DNA from: Macrostomum lignano
Lineage: Eukaryota
Direction of reading: 5' to 3'
DNA length: 64,000 nucleotides
Assembly (NCBI GenBank): GCA_002269645.1
Contig: NIVC01000475.1
Location: 62,001 to 126,000, forward strand
Under the pieces are notes generated by a model. That model ran no database searches. It was not told the origin of the DNA and was given only the letters and a program-made list of their open reading frames with translations. Made by a program: the position numbers and the translations under genes. Shown piece after piece: positions 61,755 through 64,000 of the stretch. Positions within the stretch are counted from its first letter, which is position 1, and each line of letters opens with the position of its first letter.

Positions 61755-64000
61755 ATGGCTGACATATTCAACATTCGTAGGCTAAGCAGCCGCATGCCAT
61801 TGTTTAGTGCTGCATATGTGCACTGCGAATCAGCTAAGAAGGTAAGTCATTAACAGGTGCCTAATTGCTCAATTATCCTTATTGAATTTTTAGCTGATTG
61901 TGTTTCTCAACTTCTCATATTTTAGTTCTCAACAAAGCGAGCAGATCGAGAAAACTTGGAGTATGTTTTTCAGAAGGTAATGCTGGGTCTTTGCAATATT
62001 TTTATGATCTTTTCAATTCACATAGCTTGTCAGAATCTGCCCTCAGCTGTCCCTAAGGATATTGTCAGAATCTGCCCTCAGCTGTCCCTGAGAATCTTGT
62101 CAGAATCTGCCTTCAGCTGTCCCTGAGAATCTTGTCAGAATCTGCCCTCAGCTGTCGGTGAGAATCTTGTCAGAATCTGCCCTCAGCTGTCCCTGAGAAT
62201 CTTGTCAGAATCTGCCCTCAGCTGTCGGTGAGAATCTTGTCAGAATCTGCCCTCAGCTGTCCCTGAGAATCTTGTCAGAATCTGCCCTCAGCTGTCGGTG
62301 AGAATCTTGTCAGAATCTGTCCTCAGCTGTCGGTGAGAATCTTGTCAGAATCTGCCCTCAGCTGTCGGTGAGAATCTTGTCAGAATCTGCCCTCAGCTGT
62401 CGTTGAGAATCTTGTCAGAATCTGCCCTCAGCTGTCGGTGAGAATCTTGTCAGAATCTGCCCTCAGCTGTCCCTGAGAATCTTGTCAGAATCTGCCCTCA
62501 GCTGTCGGTGAGAATCTTGTCAGAATCTGCCCTCAGCTGTCGGTGAGAATCTTGTCAGAATCTGCCCTTAGCTGTCGGTGAGAATCTTGTCAGAATCTGC
62601 CCTCAGCTGTCGGAGAGAATCTTGTCAGAATCTGCCCTCAGCTGTCGGTGAGAATCTTGTCAGAATCTGCCCTCAGCTGTCGGAGAGAATCTTGTCAGAA
62701 TCTGCCCTCAGCTGTCGGTGAGAATCTTGTCAGAATCTGCCCTCAGCTGTCGGTGAGAATCTTGTCAGAATCTGCCCTCAGCTGTGCCTCAAGAATCGCA
62801 TTAAGAATCGCCCTCCCATGCCTTACAGTTCGCCAGCGTGCACAAGAACGGCTCCCTGTACATGACCTATCCGGACTTCGTACAGAAGTTTCTCGGCCTC
62901 TACTGTTTCGAGAATGCCAATGAGGACACCGTCAAACAGCTAGGCACCATCGCAGACTACGACAAAGACGGCTTAATCAGCTTCGAAGAGTTCGAAACAT
63001 TCGAAGGCTTGCTTTCCTTGCCCGATCACGCATACAGAATTGCATTCGATCTGTTCGATGTTAACGGCAATGGATACGTCTCTTTCTGTTAGTGTTTTGT
63101 TTGAGATTTGCATTCTTGCTGTTCGCCCCTTCCTCAGCTTGCTGTCCGCCTCTTTCTCAGGTTGCTGTCTGCCCCTTCCTCAGGTTGCTGTCTGCCCCTA
63201 CCTCAGGTTGCTGTCCGCCCCTACCTCAGGTTGCTGTCCGCCCCTACCTCAGGTTGCTGTCTGCCTCTTCCTCAGGTTGCTGTCTGCCCCTTCCTCAGGT
63301 CGCTGTCCGCCCCTTCCTCAGGTTGCTGTCTGCCCCTTCCTCAGGTTGCTGTCCGTCCCTTCCTCAGGCTGCTGTCTGCCTCTTCCTCAGGTTGCTGTCT
63401 GCCCCTTCCTCAGGTCGCTGTCCGCCCCTTCCTCAGGTTGCTGTCCGCCCCTTCCTCAGGTTGCTGTCCGCCTCTTCCTCAGGTTGCTGTCTGCCTCTTC
63501 CTCAGGTTGCTGTCCGCCCTTACCTTAGATTGTCCCCTCTCTCCAGGTTACTTCCTGCTTTAACTAAAAATACTTGTAAGAAGTACATAAAACACATTTT
63601 TAACAAAAATGCTTTCAGCCGAATTCAAATCGGTCATCACGGTCACCACGCTGCATCGGCAATATCCGTTTAATTTCGATTGCGATTTTATTGATTTGCA
63701 CTTTGGAAAAGCTCGCGATCAGATTGTCAGTTATGAGGAGTTCACCCAGCTCATCCACGTGAGTATTTCTTATCGAGGCTATGTATATTTATAAAGTTAC
63801 AACAATATCCTTTTACATTAGACTTAATGGACACACAACGCGTACACTATCCAGGACTTTCACGAAGAGCACGCTTTGCAAGCTTTTCAACGCAGCGACA
63901 AACGCAACGAGGGCAAAATTCGCGCTATGGACTTTATCAACATTATGGTGCAGCTGAAATCCAACCTGCTGACTCCGTTCTTGCGCGACCATCTCATGCA
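61755..64000 (+). CDS. SLC25A12: Calcium-binding mitochondrial aspartate/glutamate carrier (aralar/citrin, SLC25A12/13-like), N-terminal EF-hand exons, 3' partial
   Basis: Exons 61755-61841, 61926-61976 (TKRADRENLEYVFQK), 62829-63087 (ADYDKDGLISFEEF, AFDLFDVNGNG), 63619-63758 (PFNFDCDFIDLHFG, YEEFTQ), 63855-end (EHALQAF, MDFINIM, LTPF). Cannot distinguish SLC25A12 from SLC25A13. Confidence 0.88.
62028..62785. repeat. 35-bp intronic satellite
   Basis: Tandem units in intron 2 of the carrier gene. Confidence 0.95.
63120..63520. repeat. 23-bp intronic minisatellite CTCAGGTTGCTGTCTGCCCCTTC
   Basis: Tandem units in intron 3. Confidence 0.95.

Larger units (their letters stand above)
44994..62790. 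repeat. ~9 kb tandem segmental duplication (unit 1 44994-53816, unit 2 53817-about 62790)
   Basis: Near-identical ORFs at ~8.8-9.0 kb offsets; junction CCCTCAAG|CTTAGACAG; the units differ in satellite length and a ~480-bp indel (61082-61560). Confidence 0.92.

Noticed and set aside
6122-63673. Many long repetitive ORFs (MEIPMVML, PNPRF, ISKP, LLHLINQG, ALDKPRII, CCPPLPQVAV etc.)
   Set aside because: They are translations of stop-poor minisatellites, open in several frames and often inside introns of real genes.

Overview
Eukaryotic, intron-containing animal genomic DNA. The host is not given; the minisatellite-filled introns, GC-rich exons, TTAGGG repeats and near-identical segmental duplications suggest a free-living flatworm such as Macrostomum (inference only). 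0.2-28.8 kb: four minus-strand, multi-exon genes encoding short, divergent NF-kB/Rel-like proteins (Rel homology domain + IPT + terminal basic NLS-like peptide, then stop). I reconstructed their splicing by hand, mostly with GT-AG introns, and found no frame break. Their introns and spacers hold transposons (a young Mag-type Ty3/Gypsy element, a solo LTR, two MITEs, a tRNA-derived SINE) and minisatellites, and the spacer satellites carry kB-like motifs. 30-35.7 kb: five copies (2 intact, 1 frameshifted, 2 remnants) of an unrecognised Gly/Ala-rich protein family with a conserved FDCWKP domain, plus a 5'-inverted RTE-type LINE. 37.4-42.8 kb: MRPL39 and LIPT2 (minus strand). 44.3-62.8 kb: Helitron-like satellite-carrying elements and a ~9 kb tandem duplication that copies the first exons of an aralar/citrin (SLC25A12/13) gene, which runs off the right end. 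All gene models and family calls come from manual reading and motif recognition; no searches were run, and many repeat boundaries are approximate.
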